Notes: generated from the letters alone by a model not told the origin. A stretch of DNA of 64,000 nucleotides from Patescibacteria group bacterium (GCA_028699085.1 JAQVVF010000002.1:3074-67073); one strand, 5' to 3'. Shown: positions 1-8,687, counted from the first letter of the stretch. Numbers and translations are program-made.

Positions 1-597
1 AGAACAAGTTACTGCAACTTCTGGTAAAATATGAGTTGATAATATAATTGTTTTTTCTTTGCCTAATTCTTTAATTAAATTTCTAATTTCAATAATCTGC
101 TTTGGATCAAGGCCAATTGTTGGCTCATCCAAAATTAAAACTTTTGGATCGCCGATTAAAGCCTGCGCCAAACCAACTCTCTGTTTATAGCCTTTTGAAA
201 GACGAGAGATAATCTCATTCTTCATATGTGAAATACCACAACGCTCCATGATATTCTTGATATGCTGATTTTTCTTTTCTGGTTCGACATCTTTCAATTC
301 TGCAATATATCTTAAAAAAGAATAAACTTCCATATCTTGATATAATGGAGTATTTTCTGGCAAATAACCAATTCTTTTTCTAACTTCTACAGGATCGTTA
401 AAAACATCAAAGCCATCAATTTCTACTTTTCCAGAAGTTGGAGGAAAAAAACCAGTCAAAATTCTCATAGTTGTTGTTTTTCCAGCACCATTAGGACCTA
501 AAAAACCGATTATTTCACCTTTCTGTACTTCAAAAGAAACACCGTCAAGAGCTTTAAAATCTGCGTATGTTTTTGTAAGATTTTCTACTTTAATCAT
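1..597 (-). CDS. ABC transporter ATP-binding protein (CcmA/GldA-like), truncated at the window edge
   Basis: Hand translation from ATG 597: MIKVENLTK..GPNGAGKTT (Walker A), LSKGYKQR (signature), ILDEPT (Walker B), STH. Not in the ORF track. Confidence 0.9.
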   Translation of the reverse strand, partial: MIKVENLTKTYADFKALDGVSFEVQKGEIIGFLGPNGAGKTTTMRILTGFFPPTSGKVEIDGFDVFNDPVEVRKRIGYLPENTPLYQDMEVYSFLRYIAELKDVEPEKKNQHIKNIMERCGISHMKNEIISRLSKGYKQRVGLAQALIGDPKVLILDEPTIGLDPKQIIEIRNLIKELGKEKTIILSTHILPEVAVTCS

Positions 598-718
598 AAT
601 GTTAGTGTTTATACCATAATAGCGTCTTGAGTATTTTTGTCAATCAAAGTTATAAACATCTTGACGGATAATATTATTGTGGCTAAATAAAATATTTATT
701 AATTATTTTCAAAATCTC

Positions 719-747
719 TTGACTATTAAAATTAAATCTACTAAACT
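719..747 (+). promoter_or_regulatory. sigma70-type promoter of the tRNA-Arg cluster
   Basis: TTGACT-17 bp-TAAACT, about 40 nt upstream of the first tRNA. Confidence 0.7.
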
Positions 748-784
748 GATATATTAGAAATAAATATTCTTCCCTTCGAAGTTC

Positions 785-861
785 GGACCTGTAGCTCAGC
801 TGGATAGAGCGTCCGTCTCCGGAACGGAAGGTCACCGGTTCGAATCCGGCCAGGTCCACCA
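785..861 (+). tRNA. tRNA-Arg(CCG)
   Basis: Acceptor GGACCTG/CAGGTCC, anticodon arm TCCGT-CTCCGGA-ACGGA, T-loop TTCGAAT, CCA encoded. Confidence 0.95.
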
Positions 862-880
862 GCCATTCTTGTTCTTTTTA

Positions 881-953
881 GGCCCCATAGCTCAGTGGAT
901 AGAGCAGCGGTTTCCTAAACCGCGGGTCGCCAGTTCAAGTCTGGCTGGGGTCA
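881..953 (+). tRNA. tRNA-Arg(CCT)
   Basis: Acceptor GGCCCCA/TGGGGTC, anticodon arm GCGGT-TTCCTAA-ACCGC, CCA not encoded. Confidence 0.93.
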
Positions 954-973
954 CAACCACCAGTTTACGGTTA

Positions 974-1049
974 GCGCCTGTAGCTCAGTGGATAGAGCAG
1001 CGGACTTCGAATCCGACTGTCGCAGGTTCAAATCCTGTCAGGCGCGCCA
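974..1049 (+). tRNA. tRNA-Arg(TCG)
   Basis: Acceptor GCGCCTG/CAGGCGC, anticodon arm CGGA-CTTCGAA-TCCG, CCA encoded. Confidence 0.93.
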
Positions 1050-1074
1050 AATTCAGATATTCTGTTTGAGTCAA

Positions 1075-1150
1075 GGGCCTGTAGCTCAGTGGATAGAGCA
1101 TCCGCCTTCTAAGCGGAGGGTCGTCGGTTCGAGCCCGATCAGGCCTGCCA
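1075..1150 (+). tRNA. tRNA-Arg(TCT)
   Basis: Acceptor GGGCCTG/CAGGCCT, anticodon arm TCCGC-CTTCTAA-GCGGA, CCA encoded. Confidence 0.95.
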
Positions 1151-1220
1151 AAGTTTACACTTTTGTAAACAACCAATTTATTTCTTTGCACTTTTAATCA
1201 CAATTATTCTTGTACCTTTA

Positions 1221-1296
1221 GCGCCTGTAGCTCAGTGGATAGAGCACTGGTCTGCGGAACCAGGGGTCGTCGGTTCGAAACCGATCAGGCGCGCCA
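1221..1296 (+). tRNA. tRNA-Arg(GCG)
   Basis: Acceptor GCGCCTG/CAGGCGC, anticodon arm CTGGT-CTGCGGA-ACCAG, CCA encoded. Confidence 0.95.
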
Positions 1297-1321
1297 AACA
1301 ACATCTTTGATGTTGTTTTTT
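1297..1321 (+). terminator. Intrinsic terminator after the tRNA-Arg cluster
   Basis: AACAACATC-TTT-GATGTTGTT followed by a T run. Confidence 0.7.
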
Positions 1322-1395
1322 CTTTGACAAAAATTAATAAATTCAGTATTAATTAAAATTATTATAAAAAATTGAAAATTTGCTTAAGAATACTA

Positions 1396-1423
1396 TTGCA
1401 AATATTTTTTAGAAGCCTATAAT
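1396..1423 (+). promoter_or_regulatory. Putative promoter of arcA-argS
   Basis: TTGCAA-16 bp-TATAAT. Confidence 0.55.
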
Positions 1424-1520
1424 GTGCTGAAGCACCTTGACAATTTATTACATTTTTTGAAAAATCGAAAGGGCAAATGCCCTAGCAAAGCAGGCAAAAC
1501 CTGCAAGGAGCAAGAAGAAG

Positions 1521-2774
1521 ATGGAACAAAAAACAAAAGGATTGAAAGTTTATTCTGAAATTGGACGACTCCGTCGAGTCATGATTCATTTCCCTGGTAA
1601 CAACCATGCCTTGATGACTCCTGACAATATCAATCCTGGAAGCGAGAACTATTTGCTCTATGATGATATCGTCAATCCCAAGCGTACCAGACAGGAATTT
1701 CATACCTTTGCCGATATCTTGAGAGCTGTCGCCGAAGTCGTCACCATCGAAGATTTGATGACTGATATTTTCCGCGATCCGCAAATTCGTCTTCATGCAA
1801 TCAATATTGTTGCAAAAATTGAAGGTCTTAACCAAAATGACGCTTCAGAACTCGACTCTCTCGAAGGAGACCAGCTGACGCGTACGTTCATCATCGGCCG
1901 TTACGATGGTCAGATGAATGGCAAGAAATACTTTGAGCCTGATCCCAATTTGATTTTCACTCGCGATATTGCAGCTATTGTTGGCAATCATGCAGTTCTC
2001 TGCTATGCCAGCAAGAAAGCTCGCAATCGTGAGATGGCAATTGTCCGACTTGTTCTGAAATATCATCCGCTCTTCAGCGATCTCAAGTTGATTGACATCA
2101 ACGAAGATACTGATCAAATCGTTACCATTGAAGGCGGAGACATGGCAGTCGTTAGCGACAAAGTAGTTCTGGTTGGATGTTCCGAAAGGACTAACGAAAT
2201 TGCCATTGACCGGCTCGCCAATCGCCTTCTGCAAAATGGTTTCGAAACTGTCGCTCGAGTCAGTCTCGCTGAGGCTCGCTCGTGCATGCACTTGGATACG
2301 ATCTTCACTCGCATTTCTCACAACGAAGCAATTGTTCATGCTCCAATGGTTTTGAAAAATGGTGGCTTGAAAATCGAGTACAGATCGAAGCGTATCAAAG
2401 AATGGACTAGAGATAACAACAACTTGATTAGCTTCCTCTATGCAAACAATATCGAACTTGATCCCATCGTCTGTGGTGGACATAATGAAGTCAATCAGCT
2501 CCGCGAACAGTGGACCGATGGCGCCAACATGTTTGCACTGGCACCCGGAGTAGTCATTGGCTACAACTGCAATGACAATACTCTGCTGGAACTGGGCAAG
2601 CGAGGTTACAAAGTCATCGACGCCGACGAATTCGTCCGCAATTCCGGCTACTACATGTATCGCTACGAGCAGGCTGATTGGAAACTGGCGATTGCTCTGC
2701 CTGGCGCTGAACTCTCTCGCGGCCGCGGCGGTCCTCGCTGTATGACCTGCCCTCTCCTGCGTGATGACGTCTGA
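1521..2774 (+). CDS. arcA: Arginine deiminase
   Basis: VYSEIGRL N-terminus, FTRD, IEGGD, MHLDT, EQWTDGAN, ELSRGRGGPRCMTCPLLR; catalytic Glu/His/Cys present. Confidence 0.92.
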   Translation: MEQKTKGLKVYSEIGRLRRVMIHFPGNNHALMTPDNINPGSENYLLYDDIVNPKRTRQEFHTFADILRAVAEVVTIEDLMTDIFRDPQIRLHAINIVAKIEGLNQNDASELDSLEGDQLTRTFIIGRYDGQMNGKKYFEPDPNLIFTRDIAAIVGNHAVLCYASKKARNREMAIVRLVLKYHPLFSDLKLIDINEDTDQIVTIEGGDMAVVSDKVVLVGCSERTNEIAIDRLANRLLQNGFETVARVSLAEARSCMHLDTIFTRISHNEAIVHAPMVLKNGGLKIEYRSKRIKEWTRDNNNLISFLYANNIELDPIVCGGHNEVNQLREQWTDGANMFALAPGVVIGYNCNDNTLLELGKRGYKVIDADEFVRNSGYYMYRYEQADWKLAIALPGAELSRGRGGPRCMTCPLLRDDV

Positions 2775-2790
2775 TCTAAGGAGTCACCAA

Positions 2791-4656
2791 ATGAAAACTC
2801 AAAATCTTTTGGAATTTGTTTGTTATCAACTTCTTTTCGCTGCACAGACTACTGTCAATCCAGACTTCAGTACAGCCGAATTTTCACCAAGCAAGCTCAA
2901 GAAACCGCCCAAGCCAGAACTTGGCGATTTCGCTTTTCCTTGCTTTCAGTTGAAAGACTTCGGTGATCCCGCAGACATCGCAGTCTACATTCAAGATTTT
3001 CTGCAAACTGCTATTCCAGCCAATGATCTGATCAAGAAGGTTGAAGTCCAAGGACCTTTCGTCAACATTCATCTCAACACCGGAGTTTTGGCCCAATTGG
3101 TCTGCTCACAGATCTTGGAAGAAGGCCCAAACTACGGCACAGGTTCTGTTGGCCACGGCCAGCGCGTCATGATCGAATTCTTGGCTCCAAACAGTAACAA
3201 GCCTTTGCATCTCGGACACGTCCGGAATGCTTTGCTTGGCGCCAGCATCTCTCGAATTTTCCAAGCCATGGGCTTCGAAGTTATTCGCGCCAACTTGATC
3301 AACGATCGAGGTGCCCACATCTGCAAAAGCATCTATGCTTGGCAAACATGGGGCAATGGCGAAACTCCGCAAAGTACTGGCATCAAGGGCGACCACTTCG
3401 TTGGACGCTACTATGCCCTGTATGGAAAGAAGGAAGACGAAGCTTTTGCTGCTCTTCTCACGTCTCAAGGACTTGATCCGCAAGCTCCTTTGGATGACAA
3501 GGAAGAACGCAAAGCTGCTTTCCTGGAACAGTATCCACCAGCCTTGGCTGTCAAAGATATGCTACTGAAATGGGAAGCCAGCGATCCGAAAGTCTTAGCC
3601 CTTTGGCAGATGATGAATGGCTGGACATACGCCGGTTTTGATGCAACCCTCGCCAAACTCGGAATCGTATTCGATCGAATCTACTATGAAAGCACTACCT
3701 ACTTGCTTGGAAGACAACATGTATTGGACGGACTTAGTCGAGGCGTCTTTTACCGCAAAGAAGATGGAGCAGTTTACGCTGACCTAAAAAATGAAGGTCT
3801 TGATGACAAACTGCTTCTCCGATCAGATGGCACTTCAGTTTATATCACTCAAGATATCGGCACTGCGATTTTGAAATCAACAGACTATCAGCCTCTTGCT
3901 CGATCAGTCTATATCGTTGGCTCAGAACAAATTCACCATTTCAAAGTCCTCTTCTTGCTTCTGAAAATGCTTGACATTGAAGAAGTCAAAAATACTCTCC
4001 TCTATCATCTGCCTTATGGCATGGTCAACCTGCCTGAAGGAAAAATGAAGTCACGACTGGGCAAAATCGTTGATGCTGATGACTTGATCAGAAGCATCGT
4101 CGAACTCGCCAGAACTGAAGCTGAAGCTCTCAACGAAGGAAGGGAAGAAAAAATCACTGAAGTCGAACTTGACGAAATCGCTCGGCAAGTCGGACTTGGA
4201 GCGTTGAAATTCTTCTTCCTTGACAGCAAAGCCCTCTCGGAAATGCGCTACGACCCCAAAAAGTCAATCGCATTCAATGGCCGAACTGGACCTTTCGTCC
4301 AATATACGTATGCTAGAATTGCCAGCTTGCTACGGAAAGCTGAAGAAATCAAGGATCCAGCAAAAATTGATTTCTTGACTCTGCACGAAAGCGACGAACA
4401 TTCATTGCTCCTCGCTCTCACAGAGTTTGGAGCAGTAATTCAGGCAGCAGCAGAAAACTACGATCCATCAAAAATTTCTGCTTATCTTTTTGACCTTGCT
4501 AGAATTTTCAATCGATTCTATGCAAGCCATCGAATCTTTTCTGACGATGTGCCAAAGCAAACTCAATTAGCTCGTCTTGCACTTTGCAAATGCACTGGTG
4601 TTGTAATCAAAAAAGGCCTCGATCTCCTAGGAATCGAAGCCCCTGAAAAAATGTAA
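2791..4656 (+). CDS. argS: Arginine--tRNA ligase
   Basis: PNSNKPLHLGH (HIGH motif), RSDGTSVYITQD, GKMKSR, GPFVQYTYAR, C-terminal LLGIEAPEKM; AGGAG SD before ATG 2791. Confidence 0.96.
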   Translation: MKTQNLLEFVCYQLLFAAQTTVNPDFSTAEFSPSKLKKPPKPELGDFAFPCFQLKDFGDPADIAVYIQDFLQTAIPANDLIKKVEVQGPFVNIHLNTGVLAQLVCSQILEEGPNYGTGSVGHGQRVMIEFLAPNSNKPLHLGHVRNALLGASISRIFQAMGFEVIRANLINDRGAHICKSIYAWQTWGNGETPQSTGIKGDHFVGRYYALYGKKEDEAFAALLTSQGLDPQAPLDDKEERKAAFLEQYPPALAVKDMLLKWEASDPKVLALWQMMNGWTYAGFDATLAKLGIVFDRIYYESTTYLLGRQHVLDGLSRGVFYRKEDGAVYADLKNEGLDDKLLLRSDGTSVYITQDIGTAILKSTDYQPLARSVYIVGSEQIHHFKVLFLLLKMLDIEEVKNTLLYHLPYGMVNLPEGKMKSRLGKIVDADDLIRSIVELARTEAEALNEGREEKITEVELDEIARQVGLGALKFFFLDSKALSEMRYDPKKSIAFNGRTGPFVQYTYARIASLLRKAEEIKDPAKIDFLTLHESDEHSLLLALTEFGAVIQAAAENYDPSKISAYLFDLARIFNRFYASHRIFSDDVPKQTQLARLALCKCTGVVIKKGLDLLGIEAPEKM

Positions 4657-4677
4657 TTAACTTTGTACTTTGTTTTT

Positions 4678-4702
4678 AGTCCTTCATCTCGAAGGATTTT
4701 TT
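4678..4702. terminator. Terminator between convergent argS and thrC-like genes
   Basis: AGTCCTTC-ATCTC-GAAGGATT followed by a T run. Confidence 0.6.
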
Positions 4703-4712
4703 ATTACCTTTT

Positions 4713-5777
4713 TTATTTCTTTTTACTACCAGTCAAAATCAAAACAATTTTCTCGCCTTTTTTAAATTTTATTTTTTTCAATGCTGGAAACACAGTTATT
4801 GCAGTTGGCTCTAAAAAAATTAATTCTTTTTCTTGAATTATTTTATCCCACTTTTTGATTTCATTATCAGTAACTTCGACAACAAAACCTTTTGTCTCTT
4901 TCAATACAAGAATTGCTTTGGGAGAACAATAACTTTCTAAAGCAACAATGCCTTCGGCAATTGAATCATTTATCTTTTTTAATTGATAATATGACTTATT
5001 TTTTTCTAACGCCTTTTTAACTGGATCAGCATTCTTTATTTGTACGCCGATTAGTTGAGGAATCTTTTCAATTTTATTATCCTTTTTCAATATTTCAAAA
5101 CCTCTGAATATACCATGGAACAAACAACCATTTCCAATTGGAATAATTATCTTGTCAGGTAGATTATTCTTAAAACTTTTATATAATTCAAAACTAATTT
5201 CCTGACTGCCTAAATCTCTAAATGAATTTTGTCCAGCAGAAAAATGATATATCTTTTTTTCATTATCAATTACATTTCTGTAAACATCTTCAAAAAATCC
5301 AGGTTTTTTAATTACCTTAGCTCCAAAAGATTTAATTAATTCTAATTTACTTTTTGAAACTTTTTTTGGCACAAAACATTTGCATTTTAATCCAGCTTTT
5401 TTTGCATAATATGCTGCTGATACAGCTGCATTACCAGAAGATATTACTCCAACTTCTTTCACTTTTTGTTCTTTAGCAACATTAATTGCTACAACAGTTT
5501 CTCGATCTTTAAATGATCCTGTTGGATTTAAATTTTCCATTTTTCCAAAAACCTCAATGTTGGGAAAATATTTTTTTAGATTATCAAATTTCTTTAGTGG
5601 CGTGTTGCCTTCTTTCAAACTTAACCATCTTTTTTTCAAGCTCTTTTTCAAAACAGAAATATCTTTAACAACTGGAGTAAAATTATCATAGTATAAATTA
5701 TCCAAACAACACTTTGGATTTTTTTTATCAAAATCAAATTTTTTACCGCACTTTAAACAAACAATTTGCAACTTCAT
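4713..5777 (-). CDS. Threonine synthase-like PLP enzyme (fold type II)
   Basis: N-terminal CxxC, LKEGNTPL, NPTGSFKDR (PLP Lys), SSGNA, PIGNG, ILTG. Confidence 0.85.
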   Translation of the reverse strand: MKLQIVCLKCGKKFDFDKKNPKCCLDNLYYDNFTPVVKDISVLKKSLKKRWLSLKEGNTPLKKFDNLKKYFPNIEVFGKMENLNPTGSFKDRETVVAINVAKEQKVKEVGVISSGNAAVSAAYYAKKAGLKCKCFVPKKVSKSKLELIKSFGAKVIKKPGFFEDVYRNVIDNEKKIYHFSAGQNSFRDLGSQEISFELYKSFKNNLPDKIIIPIGNGCLFHGIFRGFEILKKDNKIEKIPQLIGVQIKNADPVKKALEKNKSYYQLKKINDSIAEGIVALESYCSPKAILVLKETKGFVVEVTDNEIKKWDKIIQEKELIFLEPTAITVFPALKKIKFKKGEKIVLILTGSKKK

Positions 5778-5816
5778 ATATTAAAAAAAATAATTAATAA
5801 AAAAAAGAATGAAGAA

Positions 5817-6371
5817 TCAATCAACCAGCATCCGGAATTCTCCATTCAGCTCGAAAAGAACAACCTGCAGAGAAAAATCCGGCATTGCTTTTCGCAAAAT
5901 CGCCAAAAGATTTTTCTGCTCTGACTCATAATAATAAGGAACGATATTGATTGCTTCACCTGCAATTTCAGATTTTTTCAAACAGAGTCCAGCATCCAGC
6001 ATTACACAAGTAAACTTGCCACTCGGATATTTCAATTTGATCGTACCATTCAGTTTCCAACTTCCATCTTCTTTCTGCTTGGGACGTCTTCTTGGCGGAA
6101 GCTCCATCAACATCTGAAAAACTCTTTCTGCATCAGGAACCAGAGAAGCTTCATAAGCGATATAATCAGGGTTCGGAGCAAAATCAACAACCAAAGCATC
6201 TCTTTCCGTTTCATCCAGATCTTTTAATTCATGAAAATCATCAATAAACAACATTGTCTTATCATCCAATTGTCTCAATTGCTCCAATATTCTCCAGCCA
6301 ACTACTGACCATAACGTTGGACCCTTTGCTTGATAATAGTGTCCAGCCTCCAAGATCCTTGCTTCTTCCAT
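5817..6371 (-). CDS. Hypothetical protein (184 aa), possibly HUP/Rossmann-like fold
   Basis: Strong SD GGAGGAGG before ATG 6371; motifs EAGHYY, LFIDDFHE, PDYIAYE, TCVMLDA; GC-richer than its neighbours. Confidence 0.75.
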   Translation of the reverse strand: MEEARILEAGHYYQAKGPTLWSVVGWRILEQLRQLDDKTMLFIDDFHELKDLDETERDALVVDFAPNPDYIAYEASLVPDAERVFQMLMELPPRRRPKQKEDGSWKLNGTIKLKYPSGKFTCVMLDAGLCLKKSEIAGEAINIVPYYYESEQKNLLAILRKAMPDFSLQVVLFELNGEFRMLVD

Positions 6372-6397
6372 TTTCCTCCTCCTCTCTATCCAAAAGC

Positions 6398-6428
6398 AAA
6401 AAAAAGATCTCGGACTTCCGAGATCTTT
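6398..6428 (-). terminator. Attenuator-type terminator in the 5' leader of the hypothetical gene
   Basis: AAAGATCTCGG-AAGT-CCGAGATCTTT with a T8 tract, about 27 nt before the start codon. Confidence 0.8.
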
Positions 6429-6449
6429 ATGTATCAATTTTTCAAAAAA

Positions 6450-6521
6450 TTAAAGATTCGGGAATCCATTTTCCATTAATTCATTTCTACGACGATTTGT
6501 AATTGCAGTAATATTTTTCAT
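6450..6521 (-). CDS. Putative leader peptide MKNITAITNRRRNELMENGFPNL
   Basis: Hand-translated 23-codon ORF between the promoter and the terminator; CGT CGT AGA at 6486-6494. Confidence 0.6.
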   Translation of the reverse strand: MKNITAITNRRRNELMENGFPNL

Positions 6522-6530
6522 TCACTTTAA

Positions 6531-6559
6531 AGAATACGCTAAGTCAAAATAAGTGTCAA
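6531..6559 (-). promoter_or_regulatory. Promoter of the leader peptide and hypothetical gene
   Basis: TTGACA-17 bp-TATTCT. Confidence 0.7.
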
Positions 6560-6576
6560 GTCGATTTTTATAAAAG

Positions 6577-7173
6577 TTATTCTAATTTTCCACCAGTTAT
6601 CTTATCAATATATTCCTTATTTTTCATTAGTATTTTTCCAACTCTAGGATATGCTTTGAATCGATTATAAGATATTTTGAATGGATAAATATCAGCTTTG
6701 TTTTTTTCAACATTAAAAAATGTCCGACAATCTGAATAAGCTAAAATTTTTTCTTCTATTGTTTTTGCTAAAGTATCTTTATTACCTAATCCAATTTTTT
6801 TATTCACTTCTTTTGTCTGACCAACACCGCCCATATGCCGAATACAAACTCTTGCAATTTTTTCCGGCCACTTCATTTTCTTCGCTAGTTCATAACCTCT
6901 TAGTCCATGATAAATTGCTGGCTGTAATTCCTTTGATGCTTTGCTTCCAGAAATCATTCGTCCTAAATCATGAATATAACAACCAATTTTCAAAAAATCC
7001 AAATCAATTTTGTAGCCATTTTTAATTGCTAAATTTGCAATCTTTTTAGAAAAATTCCAAACTACAGTTTCATGATCCCAAGTTTCATCGACTTGCTCTG
7101 ATATACCATTTTCTTTTGCTATTTTTTTCATTAAACTTTTGACTTGTAATAAACTAGGTAATTTTTTCAACAT
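6577..7173 (-). CDS. HD-domain phosphohydrolase (HDIG type)
   Basis: H..HDLGR..HG..CIRH..EEKILAYSD; start probably 7173. Confidence 0.85.
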   Translation of the reverse strand: MLKKLPSLLQVKSLMKKIAKENGISEQVDETWDHETVVWNFSKKIANLAIKNGYKIDLDFLKIGCYIHDLGRMISGSKASKELQPAIYHGLRGYELAKKMKWPEKIARVCIRHMGGVGQTKEVNKKIGLGNKDTLAKTIEEKILAYSDCRTFFNVEKNKADIYPFKISYNRFKAYPRVGKILMKNKEYIDKITGGKLE

Positions 7174-8015
7174 ATTTTTGAATCTAAAAAAACAATGAAA
7201 ACTAGATATCCAATTATACATCCAATTGTAATTGGAGGCAATGCCGGAAAAGCTTTTTTTTCTTTCTTAAAATAAAAATAAACATTAATTGCCATAACAC
7301 CAAACAAAGCTCCAATTATTACTAAAACAGAACTTAACGAACTATCTCTCAAAACTGAAACTGCAAAAATAATTGGAAAAGCTAAATCTCCAGTTCCTAA
7401 AAACATAAAATCTTCACCTGGTTTTGCTTTATCTATTCCAGCTAAAAAACCGACTAATTTATTTGGCACAATAATCGATAAATTAGCGCCATTCTCCATC
7501 ATTTTTTTAAACATCAAAACCATATGCTTAGTTTTGAATACAGCAATAAAATCATAGACTGACAAAATAACAAGCATAATAATTATTTGCCCTGGCAAAA
7601 AAGATAATCCGATATAAGAGCTGATCCCAGAAATTGCTAATATAATTGCAATATTATGCGTTAAGACAGAAGGCATAAATCTCCGTAATAAAACTATAAT
7701 CAACGCCAAACCTAATCCTAAATATCCTAATGCAAAAACATCAAAAAATGCTAAACAACCCGAAAACAATAAAACATAAAAAAAACTAGAAAATATAATT
7801 CTACTTTTTGCATACTTAATCACTAATAGAACAACCACAGTACCGACTAAAAAGGCAATCAAAAATTGCCATAATGAATAAGATTGCTTTGCTACTAATT
7901 CTTTTACTTCTTCAACTTGAAAAAGTCGCCAACCCAAATATAAACCTAAAAACTGCGTTATTAAAAATAACAATCCTTCAAAAAACATAAAATTAAAAGA
8001 AAAATTTTTTTCCAA
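7167..8015 (-). CDS. Presenilin/SPP-family intramembrane aspartyl protease
   Basis: Multi-pass membrane protein with YD (SVYDFIAV), GxGD (LGTGDLAFP) and PALP. Confidence 0.88.
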   Translation of the reverse strand: MEKNFSFNFMFFEGLLFLITQFLGLYLGWRLFQVEEVKELVAKQSYSLWQFLIAFLVGTVVVLLVIKYAKSRIIFSSFFYVLLFSGCLAFFDVFALGYLGLGLALIIVLLRRFMPSVLTHNIAIILAISGISSYIGLSFLPGQIIIMLVILSVYDFIAVFKTKHMVLMFKKMMENGANLSIIVPNKLVGFLAGIDKAKPGEDFMFLGTGDLAFPIIFAVSVLRDSSLSSVLVIIGALFGVMAINVYFYFKKEKKAFPALPPITIGCIIGYLVFIVFLDSKIC

Positions 8016-8079
8016 AATTTTAAAATTATTTTATATAACACTATTTTATCATTTTTATAAAAAATAGAAATAAATAACA

Positions 8080-8106
8080 AAAAATCGTGGTTTTTCCACG
8101 ATTTTT
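8080..8106. terminator. Intrinsic terminator
   Basis: AAAAATCGTGG-TTTTT-CCACGATTTTT. Confidence 0.7.
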
Positions 8107-8114
8107 AATTTATC

Positions 8115-8687
8115 TTATTTTTCGCCTACCAACTGCACTGCATCAATTTCTGTCCATTCATTAGGAGCTTTTGTAGTATCAAGTGTAATCTTCACAGTCT
8201 TTACTAAATAATCAGTCTTGTTAAATTTTAATTGCAAATTATTTATTCCTTTTGTTGGATCATCTCCTGTCCAAATCTGATGATATTTACCGTTAGTATC
8301 CTTTAATTCAATCTTTGTTACTGCACCACTTCCATAACTTTCTTTTACTCTTACAGCAGTTGCATGAACAGCAGTAGCAAAATTAACTTCTAATGTCTCG
8401 ATGCCAACATTTTTATCCTTTGGAGCCCAAGCATTTACATCATCAGAATAAGCATTTACATTTGGTTTGCCAATTGCTTGTTTTGCTGACCAGGATTCAT
8501 CATTCTTAGCATTATTATAGGTCGATGAAGCAATCGCACTCACTGCCCATTGTCCGTTCTCATCTGACAAAATCTGACTATCAGGAACATTACTAATTGT
8601 TGCAGTTTGATTTTTGCTACAACCTGCACCAATTCCAACCAATACGATTGTCAAAAAAAATATCACAAGATAAATCCTCTTTTTCAT
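8115..8687 (-). CDS. Putative lipoprotein with discoidin/galactose-binding-like domain
   Basis: Signal peptide with GAGC lipobox; ASSTY, WSAKQAIGKPNV, AWAP, EIDAVQLVG. Confidence 0.7.
   Translation of the reverse strand: MKKRIYLVIFFLTIVLVGIGAGCSKNQTATISNVPDSQILSDENGQWAVSAIASSTYNNAKNDESWSAKQAIGKPNVNAYSDDVNAWAPKDKNVGIETLEVNFATAVHATAVRVKESYGSGAVTKIELKDTNGKYHQIWTGDDPTKGINNLQLKFNKTDYLVKTVKITLDTTKAPNEWTEIDAVQLVGEK

Noticed and set aside
869-1197. ORFs 869-1069, 985-1191 and 988-1197
   Set aside because: They are translations of the tRNA-Arg genes.
1330-1350. ArgR ARG box upstream of arcA
   Set aside because: Only a partial AT-rich resemblance with the wrong spacing; not distinguishable from background.
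1481-1505. Guanidine-II or c-di-GMP-I riboswitch upstream of arcA
   Set aside because: The twin hairpins lack ACGR loops, and the GGCAAA is not followed by the GEMM architecture.
1482-4229. Long antisense ORFs over arcA/argS (e.g. 1845-2483) and similar shadow ORFs elsewhere
   Set aside because: These are shadow frames of well-supported genes with no recognisable motifs.
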